From IMG/VR virus record IMGVR_UViG_3300050343_000261: DNA of 64,000 nucleotides. One strand, given 5' to 3'. Positions 16,887 through 27,681 of the stretch are shown here, in pieces; positions within the stretch are counted from its first letter, which is position 1; the number at the start of each line of letters is the position of its first letter. The notes under the pieces are model-generated. The model made no database searches. It saw nothing but the letters and a program-made list of their open reading frames with translations, and was not told where the DNA came from. The stretch is from a virus. Made by a program: the position numbers and the translations under genes.

Positions 16887-18752
16887 TCAATCCACTGGAG
16901 TTAGAGCAATCTTATATCGTTTGCCAGTTTTATTGTTGAGCATGAAGATGTCATTCTCACCCTCCTGAAGTGTCCAATTACCTTCAGTACCATCAACCTC
17001 GTTACCACCTGTGCCCACGTTGCTGAAGTGCATATCAGCAGTATAAACATTTGCCCAACGAGTACCACTAGCGCCTAGATCACGAGTAGCATCAGAATCA
17101 GCGATCATGTTGCCACTCAACGTAATGCCTGACACTGCAATTGCTGGAGTATCAGTCAAACCAGTCGCGTTACCAGCAAACTTGACCGCAGTCAGTGTGT
17201 TGGTTGCAGGGTTATAATTGAGGTCAATGTCAGTCCGGAACTCTTCAGTACCAGTCGCTTCTTCAGCAAAGATCAGATAATGACTGGAGTTGGTGGTGTT
17301 AGTGGCAGTGAGTGTGCTGTTACCAGCAACAATATTAGTAAGGTTTTGCCCGTTACCATGGAAGTTTGCTGCCGTAATAATACCAGTGGTATGGATGTTC
17401 TGACTGATAGCACCAGCAGTTTCACCAATAATAAAATCACCACTCTTTGTTCCAAGAGTAAGTGTTACGTTACCACTATAGTCATTATGGTCGGCAGATT
17501 GCACCCGAGTGTAGTGGACGTTAGAAACCTCACAATAATAATCAACACGTGCAGGGAGTCCATCATCAACCAAAATCTTCAGTTGGTTGGTGATAGTATT
17601 GATTCCGGTAACAGCATTGATGTTGCCATTTAGAGAACCTATAACGTTACCTATTACATTACCAGTAATAGGACCAACAAAACCACCAGTGCTAGTTGTA
17701 ACGCCACTTACGAGTACCTGACCAAATGAATTGCTTCCAGTGCTAGTAACCTCACCTGTCAAACTACCAGTTACATTACCAGTTACGTCGCCAGTTACAT
17801 TACCAGTTACGCTACCAGTAACAGCACCCGTCAGGGGTCCTATGAAACCTGTGGCAGTAACAATACCAGTAGATTCTATATTGATATTCTTTAGGAAGTT
17901 GATGGTAGAAACACCAACAGAGTTCAAGTTACCAACAATATTACCAGTTACATCACCATCATGAGTACCAGTGGTGATACCAATTAGGTTACCAGATACA
18001 TCACCAAGAAGATTGCCATCAAAAACACCACCATCAAATAGATTTGCGGTAAGTGCTGCACCAACTATGTTACCACTGAAGTATTGACCAGCAGTAATAA
18101 TACCACTAGCATTGATGTTATCAAAATCACCAGATACATCAAGGGTTGCAATACCAACAGATACTTGACTTGCTGTAAGACCTTTGCCCACACGGACATG
18201 ACTCACATTCTCTACAGCACTGCTACCATCACCATTCTGGATCGCAATGATTGCGCCCGTCGCAAAAATAGTGACGATGCCACTTTGTCCTGGAACTGAC
18301 TCAAACGAGAGACCTGTACCTACACGGAAGGTTGTAACACCAGTGACACGAGTAAATTTATGAGCGTCTTGGAAATCATTGGTAGATTTGTTGATACGTA
18401 CTGTAGCAACACCAACCTCAACACCACCATTATCTTGTTTGGTGGCAAATACATCTACACCATTACCAGTGAAGTTGACAATAGTGGTAGAACCACCGAA
18501 ACCAACTGGTGTTATGGCATCCTTTTGAACATCTATACCATCAACACTGCCTGATGGAGCACCAGATGGTGCTGCCCAATATCTACCACCTTCAGTGGTT
18601 CCATATAAAATATGGTTATTATTTCCGGGCAGACCGAGATTCGGTTCCACCTCTTCCAGTGCTAAAAAACTGGGGAATCCTTCAGTTTGTTTACGATCAG
18701 TGGATAGACCTGAGTAAGATGTTACACCTACACGCCCGGACAGCAGTCTCAT
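16887..18752 (-). CDS. Tail fibre / virion structural protein
   Basis: G.VTG.V(T) heptad-like repeats; same C-terminal domain as 14640..16034. Confidence 0.8.
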   Translation of the reverse strand: MRLLSGRVGVTSYSGLSTDRKQTEGFPSFLALEEVEPNLGLPGNNNHILYGTTEGGRYWAAPSGAPSGSVDGIDVQKDAITPVGFGGSTTIVNFTGNGVDVFATKQDNGGVEVGVATVRINKSTNDFQDAHKFTRVTGVTTFRVGTGLSFESVPGQSGIVTIFATGAIIAIQNGDGSSAVENVSHVRVGKGLTASQVSVGIATLDVSGDFDNINASGIITAGQYFSGNIVGAALTANLFDGGVFDGNLLGDVSGNLIGITTGTHDGDVTGNIVGNLNSVGVSTINFLKNINIESTGIVTATGFIGPLTGAVTGSVTGNVTGDVTGNVTGSLTGEVTSTGSNSFGQVLVSGVTTSTGGFVGPITGNVIGNVIGSLNGNINAVTGINTITNQLKILVDDGLPARVDYYCEVSNVHYTRVQSADHNDYSGNVTLTLGTKSGDFIIGETAGAISQNIHTTGIITAANFHGNGQNLTNIVAGNSTLTATNTTNSSHYLIFAEEATGTEEFRTDIDLNYNPATNTLTAVKFAGNATGLTDTPAIAVSGITLSGNMIADSDATRDLGASGTRWANVYTADMHFSNVGTGGNEVDGTEGNWTLQEGENDIFMLNNKTGKRYKIALTPVD

Positions 18753-18754
18753 TT

Positions 18755-19093
18755 TTACTTAGCGTTTTCGAGAACAGAAATAATGCACTTCATGGTATTA
18801 TTCGCATCACCTTTGATGGTAAGAATATCACCTGTCTCAAGTGCGAGACGACCATCAAGGAATGACATAGCATCCTGATGGGGGATACGTGCATCACGCA
18901 CGACTTCAGTATCTTCACCTCCACGCCTATGACATACACTGAACGATGTCACAGAGGATCCTTGACCTACATTTGATACATTGCCATAGATCAACAGTGA
19001 TGCCACTCCAGGAGGGCAGGTGTAGATACCAACGGCAACATCAGTTAGACTATGGGTGATTGTTCTGAATTTATTGAGTGGAATCGCAGCCAT
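18755..19093 (-). CDS. Small virion structural protein (cyanophage tail region)
   Basis: 112 aa, IYTCP.G...LETGDIL...ISVLENAK; coupled to neighbouring genes. Confidence 0.75.
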   Translation of the reverse strand: MAAIPLNKFRTITHSLTDVAVGIYTCPPGVASLLIYGNVSNVGQGSSVTSFSVCHRRGGEDTEVVRDARIPHQDAMSFLDGRLALETGDILTIKGDANNTMKCIISVLENAK

Positions 19094-21432
19094 TAGACAT
19101 TACCTCCGAGTGCAATAATTAGTGGTGTAAGGGTTGCTTGGATGCTCTTATTGAAAGCGTCACCTGTGATGGTGCCGGTTTGTTGGTTGATAGTAAAACC
19201 ATCACCGACTTTCAAATTACCTCTTTCATCCGTGGAGGTATAAACAACTCGACCACCGCCCTCAGATACAGTTTCATTCTCCGGGATAGTAACGCCACCC
19301 TTACGGGGTAATGCATTAGCAATCGTAAGACCAGCACCAACAAATTCAAATGTATATGAAGATGCAAGAATCAGAGATTGTCGCTGGATGGGGACCGCTG
19401 AACCAATACCGACACTTGCCGGTAATTTTTGATCAATAGTAACGGTCGAAACGCCTGCAGTAACCGGCGTAGCAGTATTTATAGTGAAATAAGTAGGTCC
19501 AACTTCAGCAGTTGCTTCTGCTGTGGTACCACTACCACTAGAAATAGTGATAGCAGGTGCAGTGCGATATTGTGTGCCAGTGGCAAACATGTCGATAGAG
19601 GTCACCTGACCGAATCCATTCACCGTTGCTGTTGCTTCAGCGTTAGCACCATTGGGACCAGTAGGAGCAGCAATAGATACAGTTGGGGGATTGGTACTTG
19701 TATAACCAGTACCAGCATTAGTTATATTGACCTTGATAACTTCATTGAATAGTTCTCCAAGGTAGAAAACCTGACCAGAGTAAGGGCGTGATGTAAGATT
19801 ACTAAGAACAACAGTATTGTCTTCTTCAACCGCAGCAACTGCCAATGTACCAGTATCTGTGACAGTACCAACACCGGATGCCACGATACCAAAGGTACCG
19901 AACGAGGCATTAGAGTTGTTCAGGTCACACTGACCACCTGATACACAGGAGATGGCGTACTCGTCACACACGGTGAAGATAGACACCAACTGTGCATAAC
20001 CATCGTTGGAGATTGTGACACCAATACCACCCTGATTGTATTGGGTATAAGAGTCAACCACCATGGACTTGGTACCACCAGTGTGGTTACCATTGATCCT
20101 CATACCAATACTGTTAGGAACAAAGTTTGTGCAGTTCCTTACATATGGTGACTGGGTGATGATGCCAGTGATTCTTGCTCCACTACCAGCATCTCCTGAG
20201 AGGAAGGTGATGGTGTCAGATGTGAATGATGTGATACCAGTGAAGATACCAGCAAGTGGATCACTTGCCCGTGGATATGAATGCAAAGTCGCATTATCAT
20301 CACTGTCACAGGTCATTGCAAAACCACCAGTGACAATACCAATACTGTCAGATAGTGTCAGACCATGACCTACAATTGTGGCAGTGGTAACACCACTGAT
20401 AGGATCGTAGTTGATGAGCGTGGGTGTGGTGGACACACCAGTGTGCCAATTGGGTCCAATCTTGAATGAATCAGCATTGGCACTTACAAAACTGTGACGA
20501 TTGACCACACCCTCAGGAGGGAACGTAATCATTGCACCAGTATTGGCAGCACCAACAAATGACATATTCTGAATCAAGGCACCATTGTGAACCTTGAATA
20601 GATCTTGTCCAACATTTGATGGAATAACTTGAGTATTTCTCAGGTCATCACCATCAATCGACACATTACGTGGCACAGTGATGGGGTTGTTCTCACTGTA
20701 AACACCACCAGCAACACGGATTACATCACCAGCACTAGCAATCTCAGTTGCTGCCTTGATTGATCTCTTAGCACTACTCAGTGTTCTGCCAGAATTTGTA
20801 TCATTACCATCTTCTGCAACGTAAATGATATTCAGTGTTGATGCACCAGCACCAACCCACTGAAGTTTACCAGCATTATCGGCAGCAAGAATAGATTTAG
20901 CAACACCAACTTGAGAGTTGGAGTCATAGAAGACACCATCAATCCGGACAGTGCCATCAACATCTAAGGTATAATCCGGTTGGGTACTACCAATACCCAC
21001 GCGGTCATTACCATCATCATATACAAATTGAGAAGCACCACCAAAGGTGCCATCATCTTTCTTATATTGTAATTGATCCGGACGACCATCTGCAAGGGCA
21101 GTAATATCAGCATTACTTGACCAAGAGATACCAGTGCCGACAGAGACCAGAACTTTGAAGTCTGATCCAGCACTGTCATTCATATCATATAACTTCTTAC
21201 GGACTGCGATGTCCGCATTGAAGTCACCATCCCTGGCAGGTTGCGTGCTACCGATACCTACTTGGGCAGCGGCAACAATACCATCAAAACGTGCTGTAGT
21301 TGCAACATCTAAACCATATTCTGGATTAGTTTTACCAATACCAGTACGATTATTATCGGCATCAACGACAAGAGCCTGGTCGCCAACTTCCAGACCCTTC
21401 TCGACAGCAAACTTTTTATTTACCGATGCCAT
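19093..21432 (-). CDS. Virion structural / tail fibre-like protein
   Basis: 779 aa; GIG.T.P repeats, IYVA.DGND..GR..IK.A beta-helix start, TNAGTGYT..PTVSI motif; late promoter upstream. Confidence 0.8.
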   Translation of the reverse strand: MASVNKKFAVEKGLEVGDQALVVDADNNRTGIGKTNPEYGLDVATTARFDGIVAAAQVGIGSTQPARDGDFNADIAVRKKLYDMNDSAGSDFKVLVSVGTGISWSSNADITALADGRPDQLQYKKDDGTFGGASQFVYDDGNDRVGIGSTQPDYTLDVDGTVRIDGVFYDSNSQVGVAKSILAADNAGKLQWVGAGASTLNIIYVAEDGNDTNSGRTLSSAKRSIKAATEIASAGDVIRVAGGVYSENNPITVPRNVSIDGDDLRNTQVIPSNVGQDLFKVHNGALIQNMSFVGAANTGAMITFPPEGVVNRHSFVSANADSFKIGPNWHTGVSTTPTLINYDPISGVTTATIVGHGLTLSDSIGIVTGGFAMTCDSDDNATLHSYPRASDPLAGIFTGITSFTSDTITFLSGDAGSGARITGIITQSPYVRNCTNFVPNSIGMRINGNHTGGTKSMVVDSYTQYNQGGIGVTISNDGYAQLVSIFTVCDEYAISCVSGGQCDLNNSNASFGTFGIVASGVGTVTDTGTLAVAAVEEDNTVVLSNLTSRPYSGQVFYLGELFNEVIKVNITNAGTGYTSTNPPTVSIAAPTGPNGANAEATATVNGFGQVTSIDMFATGTQYRTAPAITISSGSGTTAEATAEVGPTYFTINTATPVTAGVSTVTIDQKLPASVGIGSAVPIQRQSLILASSYTFEFVGAGLTIANALPRKGGVTIPENETVSEGGGRVVYTSTDERGNLKVGDGFTINQQTGTITGDAFNKSIQATLTPLIIALGGNV

Positions 21433-21458
21433 TTACCAAGATACCCCTTTTATGATTG

Positions 21459-21466
21459 TATTTATC
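21459..21466 (-). promoter_or_regulatory. Late promoter GATAAATA
   Basis: NATAAATA-type motif upstream of 19093..21432. Confidence 0.6.
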
Positions 21467-24400
21467 AGGTAGTCCGCATGATATATGCGAGTGCATAATA
21501 TTGAGGACGGTTATCAAGAGGATCGCCACTACCATTTGATCCAGTGTTCTGGTTTCCACCATCTGCAGTAGAACCACTGACACCTATATCAATACTGTGA
21601 TTGTGACCAGTGTTGTTGTCATTAGTAGTTCCACTTACACTGTGACTATGACTATCGTTATTAGTGTTTCCACTTACAGTGTGAGTGTGACCTCCAGCAC
21701 CATTGGTTGAGGATTGTCCTGCCAAATCTGCATCGTAAGCAATATCCGGTGCATTAGGGATGGAACTGTTATCATCAGTGTCACTATAAACATTGAAACC
21801 ATGAGTATGGTTACCTGGATTATTAGTGGTTCCACTGAAACTATGACTATGACTATCGTTATTAGTGCTTCCACTGTAGCTGTGAGTGTGGGTGTTGCTA
21901 GTGTTACCACTAGTTCCACTTGCACTCAAACTTCCGGCACCGTGACTGTGTGACGGTTGACTGTGGAAGTGATCCGGCATCTGACCCACAGTCAGAGATG
22001 GGGTGTCATTACCGCCAGTGTTACCGGTGTTGTAAGCATCACCAGAACCAACAATAAAGCGGTTTCTAAGGTCAGGTGTGCTGTTACTTCCATTACAAAG
22101 TGACCATCCAGTAGGAACTGTGCTACCAGACCACATGATGATGCCACCCAGAGGAATGGTACCAGGTCCAATAAACTCGCCAGCAGTGATAGTGTTGGAT
22201 GCTACCTGAGTGTGTGAATATAGTGTAGAACCAGAGAAGTAAAGAACTCCATTGTCCATCAGTTCACCATCAGTGCCTGCAAACACAACCCGTGTATCAG
22301 TTAGATCACTGACCGCCAGACTTGCAATTGTGGATGCAGCACCTACACTTAGACCACCACTAATATATGCCTCACCAGTTGCTTCAAACACACGGTGAGC
22401 AGTAGTTCCATTGTTGTTGCCCAGAGCAAGTTTGTCGAAGGCATAATGATCAGTGGCGTCAACCGTAATCGGACCCCACTTCTTCCACGGAGAAGTGTCA
22501 CCAGTTCTCACATATCCAATGTAACCACCCTTATCGTATGACAGATTGAGAAGAATCTGGTCAATTGAACTGGTGGGAACTGCATTGGAGGAACTACCAT
22601 TGACTCCCACCAACACACTTGCACCAACAGCACCAGAACGGTTACCCTTGAGTTGTAAGTCAATCAGTTCAGTGTTACCCAAACTGTACAGGTTGTTCTT
22701 GACAGTCAGGTCATCAAAGTCTGCTGTTACAGGAACTTTGAGAACTGGCGTTGAGTCAAACTTAGTGATGGTGCTGATTTCTTCACCAGTCAGAGCATCA
22801 ATCTTCTTACGACCGATGAAGAACTCACCCCGGTCATTCATACCGGAGTATACAACAGTACCGCCACGGGTGTTTACAGACTGTGCCAGTAGTTGCTGGC
22901 TGTCATCTAAGACACGGGTTTGTGTCTGAGGCATGCCTGTGCTGTAGTTACCAGGTCCATAACCCACATATTCAAATGTGTGACCCGAGGCACGGATGGT
23001 AGAGTGACGACGTTGCTCAACAGGTAGAACCTTGATACGCTGTGCAGCAACGTACTGAAGGTGTGATGCAGCATTGGTTCCTAAAACACCACGTGCAATC
23101 TGATTCTTCTGTGCGTTGGTGATGCGAACAATCTCATCCTCAATCTGCAAGAAGTCACCACGGTTGAATCCAAGAGGATTTTTTAGTGTGATGCTAGTTG
23201 AGGTTGTACTCAATCCTGCACTAATCTCACTAAATGCACCATCATAGATGGGAATAGTTTGACCATTAGCACGGAAGTTTATACCACTTCCATGTGCATA
23301 TGCACCAGCACCAGAGAAAGTAGGATCAGTTTCAGAATCAATCAGGACACTTAGAGATGATCCATAACCAATACGGTCTTGAATAGACCATGTACCATTA
23401 TATTCTGTATTGGCACCATTGATAACAATTTGATCACCCCGCCTCAGACCGATGTCCGTGTTCATTGTCACGGTTGCGATCTTCGTCGTCTTATTATGAA
23501 CAATGTTAGTGATTGTAGTAGTAACACCTACATGGTAGATAAAACCACCTGTAGATCCTACGGAAACTCCACCAGACGTATAAAGAAGGTTCTTAGGATC
23601 AGTAACCTGAGTGATACGATGCAGACCGTTGAATCCGGTACTACCCACACCCACAACTTGAACAATGTCACCCACAACATTGTCAATCTCACTCACCTGT
23701 ACAGTAGAGTTGTCACCACCTGGATCAAACTTAGGAATACCAGCAAGAGTCAGGGTGTCTCCAACAACATATCCTGATCCACGATCAACCAAGGTAACAT
23801 CAGAAATGTTACCAGCAGCGTTGACAACAATGTCAGCAGTAGCACCTTGACCACTGCCACCAGTGAAGTGTGCACCAAAGTAATATTCTCCGGTACCACT
23901 ATTGACACCGAAACCAACACCACCACTCAAAGAACCAATCTGGAGAATGCCATTCAAGTCATGGTCAACTTCAGTATTGAGAGTTACTGTGGTACCTGAG
24001 ACCGTTGCATCAGTAATCTTCCTACCGATGCCCATGTCATCGATTAGTTTATATGTTGACTCCTTAGTGATGCTATGCTCAGGATTGCTACTCTCAACAT
24101 GTCCGATGTCATCACGGACAGCATAAGATGTAGCATCTAAAGGATCATCTGTAACAGAATCAACATCAACAAACGGTTTCAGATAGTTGATGTTCTGAGG
24201 GAACCTATTCTTACCAATGTTGAATGGTGCTAGATCAGGAGTAGAATGATAACCTAGAATGGTAAGGTCAAACACGCCATCTTGAACGCCTGCTTTATGC
24301 TCCTGGCGAACCTCATGGTTGAAGATCTGGTAAGCATTACCATATTCTTTCCTTACAAAGTAAGGAGAGAACGTCCGACCAGAACCAACAACAGTAGTGT

Positions 24401-27143
24401 CGTGAGAAGTATAAGGAACACCCGTGGAGATGGTAGTAATACCACCAGGATCCGTGTTGATACCGATGCGGAAAGACTTCTTATCAATAATCTGCGAAAC
24501 ATAATGCAGACCGTTATAACCTGCGTTTGATTCGCCATGGACGTTATTCTCAGACCGCAGACGGTTGATTTGAATCAACTGACCATGATGTAAGTGGTGA
24601 GAATGACGGCAGGTGATAAAACCAATATTACCAGTCCATGAAGCATTGGTTATATAAGTCTCATTACGGAGATCTAGATCACTGCCGAGAGTGTTATTCT
24701 CATTCTGGAAGTTAGTATCATCAATAACTGATCCACTATCCTGAATAGTGTATCCATTCTGTGGTGGTGCTGCAATGGCAGACCCATCAGGCAAAACATA
24801 TCGTAAGCGATAGATTGTCTCGATGTCTTGGCGATCATCAATCTTACGAGAGATGAATGTTGCAGGAGTTTCAGGGGTAATAGATAACTGGTTGACCTGG
24901 ATCTTATTGTGAAGTGTGTTTCCAGTCTTGACATTGACATACCAACCGGTAGCATCGTACTGGATGGGGTGACCAGGTTCACCTGGTTCTTTATCAACAA
25001 CTGAAGAAACAACTCTCAGTTGACCACCAACATTGTTGATGCCACTGATAGCAACATTAGCAAGAGCATTATCCTTACTAGTTGCAATCTTGATCTTATC
25101 TTTCTCTGTTGCAACCGGGTTAGCAATTACATAATACTTGCGGTTATAATCAATACCATCAGGAAGTGCACCATTGTCAGCATAGAAGCGGACAGACTCC
25201 CCAGTAAACAGGTTATGAGTCTGATTGGCGCATTGTAATGTAACAATGTCACTAGAAATACTACTAATGCCAGAGGCACGACCGACAAGGAAATCCTTTT
25301 TACCACTGGATTCAGACGTGGCAGCAGGCACCGTCATCATGATCTCAGCGGTACTGACCTGACCGTTGATATTCAGTTGAAGTAAGTCACCAACTTTGTT
25401 ACCAACAAAGTATTTTGATGCTGTAACGATAGGCACATCGTCACGTTGCTTGAAGTCACGGAGATATAGTTTAGTGTCTGGAGCAGCAGCGGTATCATCT
25501 ACATCCAGTTTCAACCAGTTGAATGTAGTCTCTTTACCAAAGTTCTTTTGTGTGGGGAGGATGGCAGTGATGAAACCTTGATCATCTTTCTGGAATGCAT
25601 CATCTTTGAAACCATCACACAACAGTGCACATGCACCGAAGTTGGAGTTAGAGTTAGTGACCGAAGAGTCAGACCCAGACTCACAAATGAAGTGATGTCC
25701 ACAACCCACAGCAAACACAGACACCAACTGAAGTTGTGCGTTGTTGGATGCTTTGATGTGGAAGTTCTGCCATTCTGGTTTATGGCGTGCCATGCCATCG
25801 GTGTGCAGGATCGTGCTCGTTCCTAGAGCTGCCTGATCCTCATATACACCACTAGACAAATTATATTTTACAAATGCATTGTCATCTTTGTTCAGGGACA
25901 CACCAGTGAACTGTGCCAGCACCATGGATTTGAATCCAGTTGCCTTGCTACCATCAGCATGCAGACCGTTGATGCCAAATACAGAACGGAGAGAACAGTT
26001 GAAAATGTAGGGTGATGCACTTGTAACAGTGTCACTCTCAACCGTAACAGTCGGAGAAAGACCACTAAGGTTTGGAGTAGCAGTAGTTGCAGGTGCAGTA
26101 GTTACAGAATAAGTGAACAGTGTGTCGCTCAGTACCTGAGAAACTACATGCACACCATCATATTCTGTGCCATTGACATTGCTATTGCCAGCAACACCCT
26201 TGATGTTGATAGGTGTAGCTACAGTAAGACCATGTGTCTCACTAGTGCGGACAGTTACAATAGTGGTAGCAGTGGGGTCAGTGGAGTTGACACCAGAGTA
26301 AATGTCCTGGATTTGGATGGCACCAACGTTGGAGATAGCACCAACAATCCGAGATTCATCAACAACTTGCTCAAAGTCGTCGTTAGTTGGATAAGAAGGA
26401 ATGGCACGACCAGATGCATTACCATATGCCAAACTCAACTTGGCATAATACATGTCAAGGTCGGTCAGACCTTTGCCTGCCATCTTATTCGCACCATCTG
26501 CATACTCGAAGCAGGTGAGTTTATGGTGAGAATAGTTGGGAGAGTAGACGTTTGTAGTATAATCTTTATAGATCTTATCTGCAGGATCACCATCAAATAG
26601 GGTGAACTCACGGAAGTAGCAACCACCAGTTACTCGGAACAGTGCGGTGGAAGGAATACTATCGTTTAGTGGATCTGGTACATATTTTGGTCGGATCTTA
26701 GTCTTACGAAGATCTGAACCACAAATAGATGTACCACGTGGCATGATAACGCCACCATTCGCACTGTTGAAGTGATACAGTACGTTGTTGGCATCCTGGA
26801 TGTTGAAATTAGCGCCAACACCAAACTCTGAAATACTTTCTGCTGCACCAGTCACGTCAGTGACAGTGCCTGAGGTGTTTATCTGATAACCAGGACGGTT
26901 ATCAATATAATGAACACCAGGGGAGACTACAATCGAAGTCTTGTCAAACTTATCGTTATCTTTTCCAAGTTGATATGAAAATCTAGCGGACTCAAGAAGA
27001 GCACGCTGGATAGTCTTGAACGGTCGGGTTCTTGAGTTACCCGTGTTACTAATGTCATCTGTGGCATCCAGTTCTTCTGGATTTACATAGATTACATTGC
27101 CCTGAATGTTCTTCAGGAAGTTTTCAAGTCTACTAAGAGGCAT
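21465..27143 (-). CDS. Large tail fibre / virion structural protein with C-terminal tail-collar domain and HxH needle repeats
   Basis: 1892 aa; MPLSRLENFLKN start typical of cyanomyovirus fibres; IPLGGIIMWSG..GWSLCNG..TPDLRNRFIVG collar; 8 HxH motifs; NRPQYYALAYIMRT end. Confidence 0.88.
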   Translation of the reverse strand: MPLSRLENFLKNIQGNVIYVNPEELDATDDISNTGNSRTRPFKTIQRALLESARFSYQLGKDNDKFDKTSIVVSPGVHYIDNRPGYQINTSGTVTDVTGAAESISEFGVGANFNIQDANNVLYHFNSANGGVIMPRGTSICGSDLRKTKIRPKYVPDPLNDSIPSTALFRVTGGCYFREFTLFDGDPADKIYKDYTTNVYSPNYSHHKLTCFEYADGANKMAGKGLTDLDMYYAKLSLAYGNASGRAIPSYPTNDDFEQVVDESRIVGAISNVGAIQIQDIYSGVNSTDPTATTIVTVRTSETHGLTVATPINIKGVAGNSNVNGTEYDGVHVVSQVLSDTLFTYSVTTAPATTATPNLSGLSPTVTVESDTVTSASPYIFNCSLRSVFGINGLHADGSKATGFKSMVLAQFTGVSLNKDDNAFVKYNLSSGVYEDQAALGTSTILHTDGMARHKPEWQNFHIKASNNAQLQLVSVFAVGCGHHFICESGSDSSVTNSNSNFGACALLCDGFKDDAFQKDDQGFITAILPTQKNFGKETTFNWLKLDVDDTAAAPDTKLYLRDFKQRDDVPIVTASKYFVGNKVGDLLQLNINGQVSTAEIMMTVPAATSESSGKKDFLVGRASGISSISSDIVTLQCANQTHNLFTGESVRFYADNGALPDGIDYNRKYYVIANPVATEKDKIKIATSKDNALANVAISGINNVGGQLRVVSSVVDKEPGEPGHPIQYDATGWYVNVKTGNTLHNKIQVNQLSITPETPATFISRKIDDRQDIETIYRLRYVLPDGSAIAAPPQNGYTIQDSGSVIDDTNFQNENNTLGSDLDLRNETYITNASWTGNIGFITCRHSHHLHHGQLIQINRLRSENNVHGESNAGYNGLHYVSQIIDKKSFRIGINTDPGGITTISTGVPYTSHDTTVVGSGRTFSPYFVRKEYGNAYQIFNHEVRQEHKAGVQDGVFDLTILGYHSTPDLAPFNIGKNRFPQNINYLKPFVDVDSVTDDPLDATSYAVRDDIGHVESSNPEHSITKESTYKLIDDMGIGRKITDATVSGTTVTLNTEVDHDLNGILQIGSLSGGVGFGVNSGTGEYYFGAHFTGGSGQGATADIVVNAAGNISDVTLVDRGSGYVVGDTLTLAGIPKFDPGGDNSTVQVSEIDNVVGDIVQVVGVGSTGFNGLHRITQVTDPKNLLYTSGGVSVGSTGGFIYHVGVTTTITNIVHNKTTKIATVTMNTDIGLRRGDQIVINGANTEYNGTWSIQDRIGYGSSLSVLIDSETDPTFSGAGAYAHGSGINFRANGQTIPIYDGAFSEISAGLSTTSTSITLKNPLGFNRGDFLQIEDEIVRITNAQKNQIARGVLGTNAASHLQYVAAQRIKVLPVEQRRHSTIRASGHTFEYVGYGPGNYSTGMPQTQTRVLDDSQQLLAQSVNTRGGTVVYSGMNDRGEFFIGRKKIDALTGEEISTITKFDSTPVLKVPVTADFDDLTVKNNLYSLGNTELIDLQLKGNRSGAVGASVLVGVNGSSSNAVPTSSIDQILLNLSYDKGGYIGYVRTGDTSPWKKWGPITVDATDHYAFDKLALGNNNGTTAHRVFEATGEAYISGGLSVGAASTIASLAVSDLTDTRVVFAGTDGELMDNGVLYFSGSTLYSHTQVASNTITAGEFIGPGTIPLGGIIMWSGSTVPTGWSLCNGSNSTPDLRNRFIVGSGDAYNTGNTGGNDTPSLTVGQMPDHFHSQPSHSHGAGSLSASGTSGNTSNTHTHSYSGSTNNDSHSHSFSGTTNNPGNHTHGFNVYSDTDDNSSIPNAPDIAYDADLAGQSSTNGAGGHTHTVSGNTNNDSHSHSVSGTTNDNNTGHNHSIDIGVSGSTADGGNQNTGSNGSGDPLDNRPQYYALAYIMRTT

Positions 27144-27175
27144 TACCTATGAGCTCAGACACCATTCCTTCAGAT

Positions 27176-27182
27176 TATTTAG
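27176..27182 (-). promoter_or_regulatory. Late promoter (C)TAAATA
   Basis: Upstream of the 1892-aa fibre gene. Confidence 0.55.
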
Positions 27183-27204
27183 GAACGGTGCCTGGACTAC
27201 TAAG

Positions 27205-27402
27205 TCACATGCAACTAACTAACTCAAGCTCCTCATCAATTTCAGTCGCTAACTGAACAACTTCCCACACATTCATGAATTGTTCTGTCTCCGGGCATTC
27301 CAAATGACGAGTTGCACCATCTGAACCATGAATAATAAATTTTCGAGCAGGAATGTTTACTTCAATTTTTGTCACATGCTCGTCTTCAAACTGTGCCAGC
27401 AT
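27205..27402 (-). CDS. Small hypothetical protein
   Basis: 65 aa, directly downstream of a perfect sigma70 promoter. Confidence 0.7.
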   Translation of the reverse strand: MLAQFEDEHVTKIEVNIPARKFIIHGSDGATRHLECPETEQFMNVWEVVQLATEIDEELELVSCM

Positions 27403-27430
27403 AGACTTAGTTTCATGGTAGGACTGTCTT

Positions 27431-27459
27431 ATTATACTTCTTCAGTCTTCTGTTGTCAA
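27431..27459 (-). promoter_or_regulatory. Perfect sigma70-type promoter TTGACA-N17-TATAAT
   Basis: -35 at 27454-27459, -10 at 27431-27436. Confidence 0.8.
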
Positions 27460-27681
27460 CACTGCTGTAACAGTAAAAAATGCATCAATTTTTCCGCCTC
27501 CTTGATTACGAACCTTTACAGTTCTGCCATAAGGGATTGACTCAACGAAAAGTTCTTGGAAGCATGTGTTAGAAGTCAGTTGCACATGAATAGAGTTCAC
27601 ATCAACTTTTCCATACCATTCTTCAGGTAGATCAATGATCCCGTCAACAGTTACTTTTCCTCGGAATTCAATTGTTGTCAT
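27442..27681 (-). CDS. Small protein paralogous to the C-terminal domain of 27937..28740
   Basis: RGK..IDLPEEW..SI.VQLT..Q.L.V vs RGRL..ILLPEYW..SITVSIT..QDIIV. Confidence 0.7.
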   Translation of the reverse strand: MTTIEFRGKVTVDGIIDLPEEWYGKVDVNSIHVQLTSNTCFQELFVESIPYGRTVKVRNQGGGKIDAFFTVTAVLTTED

